A stretch of 64,000 nt of DNA from Macrostomum lignano (taxonomy: Eukaryota). A program made the translations under genes and the position numbers. The stretch lies in the NCBI GenBank assembly GCA_002269645.1, contig NIVC01002247.1, forward strand, positions 94,529 through 158,528, written 5' to 3'. Within the stretch, counting starts at the first letter, position 1. Each line of letters starts with the position of its first letter. Below are positions 12,847 to 24,719 of this stretch, one piece after another. Below the pieces are notes generated by a model. That model was not told the origin of the DNA. It did no database searches and worked only from the letters and a program-made list of their open reading frames with translations.

Positions 12847-13661
12847 AGTAGTAACTTGATTCAATACTGCAGCTAACAGAAAGCTCTCTTGGGGTTACAG
12901 GGGCTTAGTATATTATATAGTAGTTAGTAATTGCACATATATGAATATATTATATATTAAAGGCAGGTAAATACGGTACAGTAAGGCGCGGTGAAGTGTA
13001 CAATTATTAAATATGTAATAATTATATATGAAGTAGAAAGAGCTTAGATAGACTGTCTGGTCAAATTGCCAGAATACGAATGAACGCGCGCGCTACACTA
13101 CTGTCCGACAAATCAGTACGCAGTAGTATCCTAGCGCATTGAATTATAATATATAACTATTAATTTATCTACTTGAAGCACTAAAACCGCAGGAAAGGCA
13201 GGAAGCGCAGAAAGAGACTGGGAGGCACCGGTGCAATGCGGCTGAATTAAACACAATTTCCGACTGCCCGCTGCATGATAGTAGTATATGATAGTAGTAT
13301 TATATTGCTAGCGAATACTGCCCTGATAATAAAATCAGGATGAAAGTAACGGCAGAGCTGAGAATATTAATAAATTATTTAAACATAAATTTTTCAGATT
13401 AGCGGGGCCTAAAAAAACTAAATTGAGTGACGTAAAACCGCGGGACTAAGGAGATAAGACAGAGAATAAGAGGCTAATAAATTAAAACACTAAATTGTCT
13501 GGGAAGTTAGAAACCTATTGGGGGGATAAGTAAGCAAACGGATAAAACAGGTTACTAAGGCAAAAATATCACTTGTTCTTCAATCACACAAACTCCCTAC
13601 CGAGTGGCTCGACCTCACAGCTACACCAAGGATGCTACGAATTTCCAAAAGATAGATTGGC

Positions 13662-16600
13662 CTATTTTCTAACGAGATCTCTTTGCTGCTGCTGCTCCGG
13701 CTTGAGCTCAAGCTCAACTAGCAGCGAGAAATGATCAGACGATATGTGCGGATGCGGACAGCCGAGGATGTTGTGCTCGGTGAACCAGGTCTCCGGGATC
13801 ATGTCCAAGCAGCCGATGTTGCTGAAGTGGGCGCCGGTGAAGAAGATGTAGTCAATGACGCCGCGGAAATCGTACGTGTAGTTGGTGTACCGCATGCCGA
13901 CCTCCTGGTCGTAGCAGCGAACCAGATTCAAATCGTGCTCAAGCAGCTCGGGATGGTGCTGAGACCGGTGCGGCGTCAGCTTGTCAAGGATGTTCTCGTA
14001 GCCCAGCTCTTTGAAGTCCGGATGAGACTTGTTGATCTTGCCGGTGGCCAGGTATTCGAACACACCTGGGGTGAGCAAAAGGAAAAATACCCGCTTATGC
14101 ACTTGTTTTTGAGTGGGCGCTTCACAAGCTTAAGGCATCACAAGCTCGGAGCCTCACAAGCTCGGAGCCTCACAAGCTCGGAGCCTCACAAGCTCGGAGC
14201 CTCACAAGCTCGGAGCCTCACAAGCTCGGAGCCTCAAAAGCTCGGAGCCTCACAAGCTCGGAGCCTCACAAGCTCGGAGCCTCACAAGCTCGGAGCCTCA
14301 CAAGCTCGGAGCCTCACAAGCTCGGAGCCTCACAAGCTCGGAGCCTCACAAGCTCGGAGCCTCACAAGCTCGGAGCCTCACAAGCTCGGAGCCTCACAAG
14401 CTCGGAGCCTCACAAGCTCGGAGCCTCACAAGCTCGGAGCCTCACAAGCTCGGAGCCTCACAAGCTCGGAGCCTCACAAGCTCGGAGCCTCACAAGCTCG
14501 GAGCCTCACAAGCTCGGAGCCTCACAAGCTCGGAGCCTCACAAGCTCGGAGCCTCACAAGCTCGGAGCCTCACAAGCTCGGAGCCTCACAAGATCGAAGT
14601 CTCACAAGATCGAAGTCTCACAAGCTCGGAGCCTCACAAGCTCGGAGCCTCACAAGCTCGGAGCCTCACAAGCTCGGAGCCTCACAAGCTCGGAGCCTCA
14701 CAAGCTCGGAGCCTCACAAGCTCGGAGCCTCACAAGCTCGGAGCCTCACAAGCTCGGAGCCTCACAAGCTCGGAGCCTCACAAGCTCGGAGCCTCACAAG
14801 CTCGGAGCCTCACAAGCTCGGAGCCTCACAAGCTCGGAGCCTCACAAGCTCGGAGCCTCACAAGCTCGGAGCCTCACAAGCTCGGAGCCTCACAAGCTCG
14901 GAGCCTCACAAGCTCGGAGCCTCACAAGCTCGGAGCCTTCGGAATTCACGGGTCCCGGAATTAGTTAATTGCGATTCACGCCCCCATGAGGCTCATGCTA
15001 GGCGATTATGAAGTCACACCTGCTGTGTACATGTATACCCTGTGTAAGCGTGTGCATTCGCATGCAAGAGGTCAGGCGAATGAGCATTGCTACGCGTCTC
15101 CTTGCTGGCTGCGGGTTGACAAACTCAAAAGCCTTCTGCAACTAAACAACTAAAAAACCCTCAGCTGTAAAGATAGTATTATACAAAGGAAATTTTTTAT
15201 GCATCACAAAAATATAACTAACAAATTATGGTATTAAAATTCGCTACTTGCCTACTCTAGATTTCTACAAAACAGTAGACTATATCGAGTTTTTATTACT
15301 TTTGAATCGCGATACATTTATAAAATTAGATTGACTAAATGCACCGTGTGGCATCTTCTGGCCACTTGTAACGAGTATGCTATTACGCGTAGAATATTGG
15401 ATAACTGGGGGGGGAGGGCTCACCAGACTCCGGCAGCGAGTTGAAGTCGCCGCAGATGATCAATGGCATGCTGGTGACGTCAACAGATTCAACGCCTGGC
15501 CGCTGCTGCAGCATGTGATCTTCGATCTTCTTCCACAGTGCGGAGAGCAGCATGATGGACTGGATCACCTTCACGTCGGAGTACTCCGGGTCCCAGTGAA
15601 TGTGCGCGGTGGACACCACCAGCTGGCGGCTCTGGGCCGACACCTCATCCTTCACTTCAAAGATGGCCATCAGGGCGATGTTGTCCTTCACCATCACTCG
15701 GTTGATCATTTCGTGATTATCCTGGCAGATGGCGATTGAAGTGAGGCTGGATGACACAGGTAGGTGATTAGAGACTCGATGACACAGGTAGGTGATTAGA
15801 GACTCGATGACACAGGTAGGTGATTAGAGACTCGATGACACAGGTAGGTGATTAGAGACCCGGTGACACAGGTAGGTGATTAGAGGGAGACCCAGTAACA
15901 CAGGTAGGTGATTAGAGGGAGACCCGATGATGACACAGGTAGGTGATTAGAGAAAGACCCGGTGACACAGGTAGGTGATTAGAGGGAGACCCGGTAACAC
16001 AGGTAGGCGATTAGAGAAAGACCCGGTGACACAGGTAGGTGATTAGAGGGAGACCAGGTGACACAGGTAGGTGATTAGAGGGAGACCCGGTGACACAGGT
16101 AGGTGATTAGAGGGAGACCCGATGATGACACAGGTAGGCGATTAGAGAAAGACCCGATGATGACACAGGTAGGCGATTAGAGAAAGACCCGGTGACACAG
16201 GTAGGTGATTAGAGAAAGACCCGGTGACACAGGTAGGTGATTAGAGGGAGACCCGGTGACACAGGTAGGTGATTAGAGGGATACCCGGTGACAATGGGTA
16301 CGTCAGAAAGAACTTTCAAACATTTGAGCAGCCAACCTTGCAATCCTTCTCGTAGCGTTCAACAGCCATGCGCGAGAACTCGATGACGTCTTCTTTGATG
16401 AGATTGAAGCGCTCTTTCTTCCAGAAGATGGCCACCCCGTCGACGTACTTGCTCTCGCTTGCCGACATCGTCTTGGCGCGGCTCTTCGCGCTAAAGATGC
16501 CGTCATAGCCGCTTTTGGCCAGCTCGGGCTTGAAGAACACCGAGAACTGCTCGGTCTCCACCTCCTGCGGGCGGGGGAGGCTGGAGTGATGGGGCTGGCT

Positions 16601-18853
16601 GCATAGCAACTGAATTAATGCCATTTAACTGGAATAACCTTTGAACCAAATATCAATGAAAGGGTTTGGTCAATGCAGAGCGACCATAGGAAATGTGGCA
16701 ACCTGACCACACCTGGGAATGTGGCGACCTGACCACACCTGGGAATGTGGCGACCTGACCACACCTGGGAATGTGGCGACCTGACCACACCTGGGAATGT
16801 GGCGACCTGACCACACCTGGGAATGTGGCGACCTGACCACACCTGGGAATGTGGCGACCTGACCACACCTGGGAATGTGGCGACCTGACCACACGTGGGA
16901 ATGTGACCAACTGGGAGTGTGGCGACCTGACCACACGTGGGAATGTGACCAACTGGGAGTGTGGCGACCTGACTACACCTGGGAATGTGACCACCTGGGA
17001 ATGCGGCGACCTGACTACACCTGGGAATGTGACCACCTGGGAATGCGGCGACCTGACTACACCTGGGAATGTGACCAACTGGGAGTGTGGCGACCTGACC
17101 ACACCTGGGAATGTGACCAACAGGGAGTGTGGCGACCTGACCACACCTGGGAATGTGACCAACAGGGAGTATGGCGACCTGACAACACCTGGGAATAGAC
17201 CACACCTGGGAATGTGGATCTTGCGGGGTAACAAACTGAGCACCTGGAAGTGTGGTGACATGATAATCTGGAAATATGGCGACCTGAGCACCTAAGGAAG
17301 GTAGCAAACCAACTGAATAAAGCAAAGGCGCACCTGCAGACAGAGAATATCAGCCTGGTAGACACGAATCTCATCCATAATGCCGCGTCTCCGGTACTCC
17401 CACTGCAGCGCCCAGGACGGACAGTAGGGGTACTGCTTCTTAGTGGCGTAGCCTTCGCACAGTACGTTGTAGCACATGAGCGTGAAGGCCATTCCATCGC
17501 TGGTGTCGTTGGGATTGCGCAGGTACCGCCAGTTTCGGCTGGGCGGCGGCGGCATGGCGAATCCTGTGGTGCGTTTTCGGTTTTCTTAGAAATACAGGTA
17601 CCATGGGCGATAGTTTAATCTAGGCAGGGGGGGGGGGACTTTAAGTTGAATAGATATGCAATTTCTACGATGGACTTCTAATTTGGATAAGCGGGATTCT
17701 TAGAGAGAAGCTTATTCCATGCTATTCTTACTTTATGATAGGAGCTTTCCTAGAAATGCCTAGGCTATGGACTTCTAAACTTGATGATAGGAGCTTTCTT
17801 AGAAATGCCTAGGCTATGGACTTCTAAACTTGATGATAGGAGCTTTCTTAGAAATGCCTAGGCTATGAACTTCTAAACTTGATGATAGGAGCTTTCTTAG
17901 AAATGCCTAGGCTATGAACTTCTAAACTTGATGATAGAAGCTTTCTTAGAAATGCCTAGGCTATGAACTTCTAAACTTGATGATAGGAGCTTTCTTAGAA
18001 ATTCCTAGGCTATGAACTTCTAAACTTGATGATAGAAGCTTTCTTAGAAATGCCTAGGCTATGGACTTCTAAACTTGATGATAGAAGCTTTCTTAGAAAT
18101 GCCTAGGCTATGAACTTCTAAACTTGATGATAGAAGCTTTCTTAGAAATGCCTAGGCTATGAACTTCTAAACTTGATGATAGAAGCTTTCTTAGAAATGC
18201 CTAGGCTATGGACTTCTAAACTTGATGATAGGAGCTTTCTTAGAAATGCCTAGGCTATGGACTTCTAAACTTGATGATAGGAGCTTTCTTAGAAATGCTT
18301 TTCTGAGTAAAGTTTCAGTAGTTTCAGTTTCTGTCTCAGTAAAAAATGCACAGATTGAACCAGCCAAGACTCTAATAATACCTTCGCTATCCAGAAACCA
18401 GCTGAGCATATTCTGAGTAGTCTCAGCATTGTACAGCTGAGAGATGTCCGGACTAAGCGGATTGTGATTCAGATTAAGGGTGGTGAGCTGGAACAGGCGG
18501 CCAATCTGCATGGGCAGAGCTCTGATTTGGTTGTTCTGCAGGTAGAGCTCCTTAAGCTCAGTGAGTTCGCCAATCTCCGGCGGCAGAATCTTGATCATAT
18601 TGAAGGACAGGTCCAGGTGAACGAGGTTCTTCAACTGGGAAATCTGGCTGGGGATGACACTGATTTTGTTGTGTGACATGTACAGGTAGCGCAGGTAGGT
18701 CATGCAGCACAGGCCGGGCGGGAAGATTTTCACATTGCCGACAATTTCCAGCTGGTCCCAGCAGGCCTTGCCGCCGGTTTCGCGGTCCTCCGCAGTGAGG
18801 AATTGCACCTGCCTGCTGGCCCGGCCCTGCTCCCATTTGCGCTTCCTGTGCAT
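13662..18853 (-). CDS. CNOT6: CCR4-NOT deadenylase subunit CCR4 (LRR + EEP nuclease), about 543 aa; exons 18853-18382, 17563-17334, 16564-16337, 15721-15424, 14065-13662
   Basis: N-terminal LRRs (LVHLDLSFNMIKILPPEIGELTELKELYLQNNQI); EEP motifs MCYNVL, ADILCLQEV, DGVAIFW, AHIHWDPEYSDVK, ICGDFNSLPESG, VIDYIFF, SSDHFSL. All junctions GT-AG and in phase; total 1632 nt. Confidence 0.96.
14133..14938. repeat. 16-bp minisatellite, about 50 copies, in CCR4 intron 4
   Basis: Unit CTCACAAGCTCGGAGC. Confidence 0.97.
15751..16292. repeat. 28-33 bp minisatellite in CCR4 intron 3
   Basis: Unit TGACACAGGTAGGTGATTAGAG(ACTCGA/GGAGACCCGG). Confidence 0.95.
16690..17215. repeat. 26-bp minisatellite plus composite variant in CCR4 intron 2
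   Basis: Unit ACCTGACCACACCTGGGAATGTGGCG, with a longer derivative on the right half. Confidence 0.95.
17735..18300. repeat. 49-bp minisatellite, about 11.5 copies, in CCR4 intron 1
   Basis: Unit TGATGATAGGAGCTTTCTTAGAAATGCCTAGGCTATGGACTTCTAAACT. Confidence 0.96.
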
Positions 18854-18981
18854 CGTCTGTCCACCGCGTTCACCTGCTGGCTGATGCGTCTTCCTTCCTG
18901 TCTTGCGCTTGTCTGTGCGGCGGCGGTTAAACTGGGCTGCTGCGGTTTGCCCGGCATGAAAATTGCTGCTCTCTGCATTGC

Positions 18982-21262
18982 TGGCTTATCTGCCCCAATA
19001 CACAGTGGGTGCCTGGCTTATCTGCCCAATACACAGTGGGTGCCTGGCTTATCTGCCCAATACACAGTGGGTGCCTGGCTTATCTGCCCCAATACACAGT
19101 GGGTGCCTGGCTTATCTGCCCCAATACACAGTGGGTGCCTGGCTTATCTGCCCCAATACACAGTGGGTGCCTGGCTTATCTGCCCCAATACACAGTGGGT
19201 GCCTGGCTTATCTGCCCCAATACACAGTGGGTGCCTGGCTTATCTGCCCAATACACAGTGGGTGCCTGGCTTATCTGCCCAATACACAGTGGGTGCCTGG
19301 CTTATCTGCCCCAATACACAGTGGGTGCCTGGCTTATCTGCCCCAATACACAGTGGGTGCCTGGCTTATCTGCTCCAATACACAGTGGGTTCCTGGCTTA
19401 TCTGCTCCAATACACAGTGGGTGCCTGGCTTATCTGCCCAATACACAGTGGGTGCCTGGCTTATCTGCCCCAATACACAGTGGGTGCCTGGCTTATCTGC
19501 CCCAATACACAGTGGGTGCCTGGCTTATCTGCCCCAATACACAGTGGGTGCCTGGCTTATCTGCCCAATACACAGTGGGTGCCTGGCTTATCTGCCCAAT
19601 ACACAGTGAGTTCCTGGCTTATCTGCCCCAATACACAATGGGTTCCTGGCTTATCTGCCCCAATACACAGTGGGTTCCTGGCTTATCTGCCCCAGTATAC
19701 ATTTGGGTGCCTGCCTTATCTGGCCCAATACACAGTGGGTTCCTGGCTTATCTGCCCCAATACACAGTTGAGCGCCTGGCTTATCTGCCCCAATACACAG
19801 TGGGTTCCTGGCTTATCTGCCCCAATACACAGTGGGTGCCTGGCTTATCTGCCCCAATACACAGTGGGTGCCTGGCTTATCTGCCCCAATACACAGTGGG
19901 TGCCTGGCTTATCTGCCCAATACACAGTGGGTGCCTGGCTTATCTGCCCCAATACACAGTGGGTGCCTGGCTTATCTGCCCCAATACACAGTGGGTGCCT
20001 GGCTTATCTGCCCAATACACAGTGGGTGCCTGGCTTATCTGCCCAATACACAGTGGGTGCCTGGCTTATCTGCCCCAATACACAATGGGTGCCTGGCTTA
20101 TCTGCCCCAATACACAGTGGGTGCCTGGCTTATCTGCCCCAATACACAGTGGGTGCCTGGCTTATCTGCCCAATACACAGTGGGTTCCTGGCTTATCTGC
20201 CCCAATACACAGTGGGTTCCTGGCTTATCTGCCCCAATACACAGTGGGTGCCTGGCTTATCTGCCCCAATACACAGTGGGTGCCTGGCTTATCTGCCCCA
20301 ATACACAGTGGGTGCCTGGCTTATCTGCCCAATACACAGTGGGTGCCTGGCTTATCTGCCCCAATACACAGTGGGTGACTGGCTTATCTGCCCCAATACA
20401 CAGTGGGTGACTGGCTTATCTGCCCCAGTACACATTTGGGTGCCTGCCTTATCTGGCCCAATACACAGTGGGTTCCTGGCTTATCTGCCCCAATACACAG
20501 TGGGTGCCTGGCTTATCTGCCCCAATACACAGTGGGTGCCTGGCTTATCTGCCCCAATACACAGTGGGTGCCTGGCTTATCTGCCCCAATACACAATGGG
20601 TTCCTGGCTTATCTGCCCCAATACACAGTGGGTTCCTGGCTTATCTGCCCCAATACACAGTGGGTTCCTGGCTTATCTGCCCCAATACACAGTGGGTGCC
20701 TGGCTTATCTGCCCCAATACACAGGGGTGCCTGGCTTATCTGCCCCAATACACAATGGGTGCCTGGCTTATCTGCCCCAATACACAGTGGGTGCCTGGCT
20801 TATCTGCCCAATACACAGTGGGTTCCTGGCTTATCTGCCCCAATACACAGTTGGGTGCCTGCCTTATCTGCCCCAATACACAGTGGGTTCCTGGCTTATC
20901 TGCCCCAATACACAGTTGAGCGCCTGGCTTATCTGCCCCAATACACAGTTAGGTGCCTGGCTTATCTGCCCCAATACACAGTGGGTTCCTGGCTTATCTG
21001 CCCCAATACACAGTGGGTGCCTGGCTTATCTGCCCCAATACACAGTGGGTGCCTGGCTTATCTGCCCCAATACACAGTGGGTGCCTGGCTTATCTACCCC
21101 AATACACAATGGGTGCCTGGCTTATCTGCCCCAATACACAGTGGGTGCCTGGCTTATCTGCCCCAATACACAGTGGGTGACTGGCTTATCTGCCCCAATA
21201 CACAGTGGGTGCCTGGCTTATCTGCCTCAATGTACAGTAAGTGGGTGCCTGGCTTATCTGTC
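18982..21262. repeat. 31-32 bp minisatellite, about 70 copies, between the TOX4-like gene and CCR4
   Basis: Unit TGGCTTATCTGCCC(C)AATACACAGTGGGTGCC. Confidence 0.98.
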
Positions 21263-21356
21263 TTAGCTAAGAGATCAGTTGTTTATGGACCCTGGAAAAA
21301 AGCAGTAAAGATCAGGTAAGAAGTTAGGAACAGAAATAAAAGAGGCGAATCAAATT

Positions 21357-21362
21357 TTTATT
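21357..21362 (-). terminator. Candidate polyadenylation signal (AATAAA) for the TOX4-like gene
   Basis: TTTATT on + at 21357-62, about 310 nt past the stop at 21675; inference. Confidence 0.4.
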
Positions 21363-21674
21363 AAAATATAAACTGCTTGAAAAGAATATTGAGAAGGCAG
21401 ACGCATAAATCACATACATGTAGGCCACAAAGCTTTAATTGTAGTAACTAGTTTCTTACTTGTATATGGGCTGCTTTATGATAAAAAATGCAAAATTCTT
21501 TTGTTTATTACAATCAACACTACAAACAGCACTGGTACCGTAGTAAAAACCTAGCTCATAGATTTCATTTCACTGTACAAGCAGAGAAATTATGAAAGTA
21601 ATTCTGATAACTGATGGCTGCCTTTAGCGAGAGTACGAGCTGACGCATCATATCGAAAATAAAAACTGCTAAAT

Positions 21675-21956
21675 CTAGTTCATATCGCCGCTGCTATTAA
21701 GCTCAACAAACAGACAGCGAACTTCATCAACGTGAGCCAGGCAGCAGTCGGCTGAGCAGTACTCCCAGTCCCAGCGCGGATCGCTCACGGCCAAGTTGCT
21801 ACAGCCGTCTCGGCAGCAGAACTGATGCCGCCTGCCGATCATTGCCACTGTGGCGGCCGCCGCCGCTGCAGCTGCTGGCTGCTCGGCTGGAGCCTGCAGT
21901 CGCGATGGCAGCGCGTAGATGAACTGGTAGCGAGCAGTGGCAGACAGGGCGCTCAT
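21675..21956 (-). CDS. 93-aa protein consisting of a TOX4-like C-terminal Cys/His-rich motif, no HMG box
   Basis: CCRDGCSNLAVSDPRWDWEYCSADCCLAHVDEV matches my recollection of the TOX4 C-terminus pattern C-x-R-x-G-C-x-N-x6/7-W-D-x-E-Y-C-S-x2-C-x3-H. In-frame TGA at 21980-21978, 8 codons upstream of the ATG. Confidence 0.7.
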   Translation of the reverse strand: MSALSATARYQFIYALPSRLQAPAEQPAAAAAAAATVAMIGRRHQFCCRDGCSNLAVSDPRWDWEYCSADCCLAHVDEVRCLFVELNSSGDMN

Positions 21957-22840
21957 GCCTACTGATGGCCGGAGGGGTCAACAGAGTGCCACTGGGGCCT
22001 GCAATTGATCAATTATTGATTTTTATGTATAAGAAGTCGAGACTGATCAGTGACTTGGCTACTAGTCTACTAATATTATAGAGAAGAAATTAGCAAAGCA
22101 AAGCATGAGAAGATCCCGTGTATTATAAGCAATAGAAATAGACTATCTTTGCACACCTGTAATTGGCAATATCTACCTCCTATCCCCCCCCCATAAGCTC
22201 ACGTCTAAATTTGTACAAGCGCGAAAAATATAATTATTTCTATTATCTAAACAAACTTTTAACATTTTCCCGAGTTGAAACTACTAATAGTAACATAATT
22301 GTAAAACTGCATCGAAACCAACCCACTATCATATCAATAATAATGGTGTTTATATATAGTAACGCCGTACTTTTACAGTGTCTATTACCGCACTTGGGAG
22401 TGGTTTGGCTACGCCCTCTGCTTTGCTTTCCACAGAAGAGAGATGCAGACGCAGGAATTGATAAATTTCTTGTGGCTTCACTATAATTTGTTGCAGAAAA
22501 TAATATTTCTAACAAAGTATGAGATTCCAATGAATTGTTTGACTGGCTTCCTTGGTATGAATATCGGCTTTGTGCCAACCCGAGCGGAATTAATTAGCTA
22601 ACCATTTTCCTTACTGACTACTCACCAGTTTGGACACCACACCCAAATTAATAATCCTATTATTATTATAATAACAAAATGAAGACGACAAATTATTTGT
22701 AGCAGATTAATTGATTGAATAATAGGGTCCGATTTGTTTTAGTGTTTATAAAAACGTGAAAAATAAGCAGATCGGGGACAGAGAAAATAAAATGTAGCTG
22801 CTCACATTGAATTGATTATTGATAGATGAGACAGGCTTAG

Positions 22841-23416
22841 CAGTGGTGTGATTGGAAAGTTTGCCCAATTTCGCGCCGACTGAAAATTTTCGCGCCATGC
22901 CAATGATATTCTACTGACAGCCAAATAAGTCAATTGATGACACTTTTGAGGATGCGTCTGGCTACCAATTAGCATGTCTCTCAAGTCCCAGCCGTGTCCC
23001 GCCTGAACTTCTTGTTGGCGATGTTGGGTGGAATCTTTGAATCTGGGCAAATGGCCATCAGATCCTCGGCAAGGTCCTCTTCTGACTCGAAGCTGCGATT
23101 CTTCAGTGCAATCCTGACAACACACACATCTGATCTCTGCCGCCCTTGCAGACGTAGCAGCCACATCTTCATTGTCACTTTGCTTCTTTGCGACCACGAA
23201 ATTCTCCACGAATCTCGAAATTCTCGAGATTAATCTCCTAAGCTATGACATTCTTGTATTTCATACTGTCTGACAAGAGAATAAGTGTAAAAAGCAGAAA
23301 ATAAGAATGCAATTTCGCGCCCATGGTTCCACAAAATTTCGCGCCAGACCCCCAGGATTCGCGCATTCGCGCCATTTTCGCGCCTGGCGCGAATTCGCGC
23401 CTGAATCACACCACTG
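22841..23416. mobile_element. Non-autonomous hAT element (576 bp)
   Basis: Perfect 13-bp TIR CAGTGGTGTGATT / AATCACACCACTG; perfect 8-bp TSD AGGCTTAG (22833-40, 23417-24); clustered TTCGCGCC subterminal motifs at both ends. Confidence 0.92.
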
Positions 23417-23932
23417 AGGCTTAGCCAAAGCGAAAATAATATCGACAGGGCAGGTATAATGAAGATGATTGGCTTCGGTGTAGGAGAATCGTGAATCAAT
23501 GCACGCTGAAATTGTCAATAGCTGCTGACAAGTGAAGATGAGCAGTCAGTACAAAAGTACAAGCAATAAATCAGGCGTCAGGGATTAAGATAAAAATTGC
23601 AATAGAAAAATATGATTACCTTGGGAAGTTTCCGAAATACAAAAATGATTTAAAATTATAGACAGTTTCGGACGCAACAGTGCCTAATGCTTTGCAAATT
23701 GAAAATGCTTTTCACAATAAGAAGCTAAAAAAACTAATTAAAGAAAAGTTGCTAAAAAATAAACAACACAGTGGAAAAGCACTGGCGGACAGGCCAACTA
23801 AAAATACAACTTGACAGCTGTTTGACTTGGCATTTGTGATTTATGACACGAATTTTTGGCAATATAGGTCATTGATGAAGCTTAGCTTATGTAGGGTAAA
23901 TTTGATAGGCCGAATGCTTGTCTTGAAAAAAT

Positions 23933-24582
23933 TAAGCATGAGAGCTGTTCTCATCATTGAGCTCTGCTCTGAGCATGAGAACTGTTCTCATCATTGAGCT
24001 CTACTCTGAGCATGAGAACAGTTCTCATCATTGAGCTCTAACTCTGAGCATGAGAACAGTTCTCATCATTGAGGGCTCTGCTCTGAGCATGAGAACAGTT
24101 CTCACCATTGAGCTTTGCTCTGAGCATGAGAACAGTTCTCATCATTGAGCTCTGCTCTGAGCATGAGAACAGTTCTCGTCATTGAGCTCTGCTCTGAGCA
24201 TGAGAACAGTTCTCGTCATTGAGCTCTGCTCTGAGCATGAGAACAGTTCTCATCATTGAGCTCTGCTCTGAGCATGAGAACAGTTCTCGTCATTGAGCTC
24301 TGCTCTGAGCATGAGAACAGTTCTCATCATTGAGCTCTGCTCTGAGCATGAGAACAGTTCTCGTCATTGAGCTCTACTCTGAGCATGAGAACAGTTCTCA
24401 TCATTGAGCTCTGCTCTGAGCATGAGAACAGTTCTCGTCATTGAGCTCTGCTCTGAGCATGAGAACAGTTCTCATCATTGAGCTCTACTCTGAGCATGAG
24501 AACAGTTCTCATCATTGACATCTGCTTTGAGCATGAGAACAGTTCTCATCCTTGAGCTCTACTCTGAGCATGAGAACAGTCC
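23933..24582. repeat. 37-bp minisatellite, about 17 copies, downstream of the Emi-like stop
   Basis: Unit GAGCATGAGAACAGTTCTCATCATTGAGCTCTGCTCT, containing palindrome TGAGAAC-A-GTTCTCA. Confidence 0.96.
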
Positions 24583-24719
24583 TCCCAAACGGAAAAGAAA
24601 TCATTAATAGACAGGAAATGCAAGAATTTCAGCCTTCTTGCATAAAATCAATAAAAGTACAGTCTGATAATTATTTTAGCAGCGACTAGTTAACCGTACA
24701 ATCTAGTAAGCCAAACCAT

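Noticed and set aside
21311-21322. Strong plus-strand donor CAG|GTAAGA at 21316
   Set aside because: No plus-strand exon or ORF supports it; could be chance.
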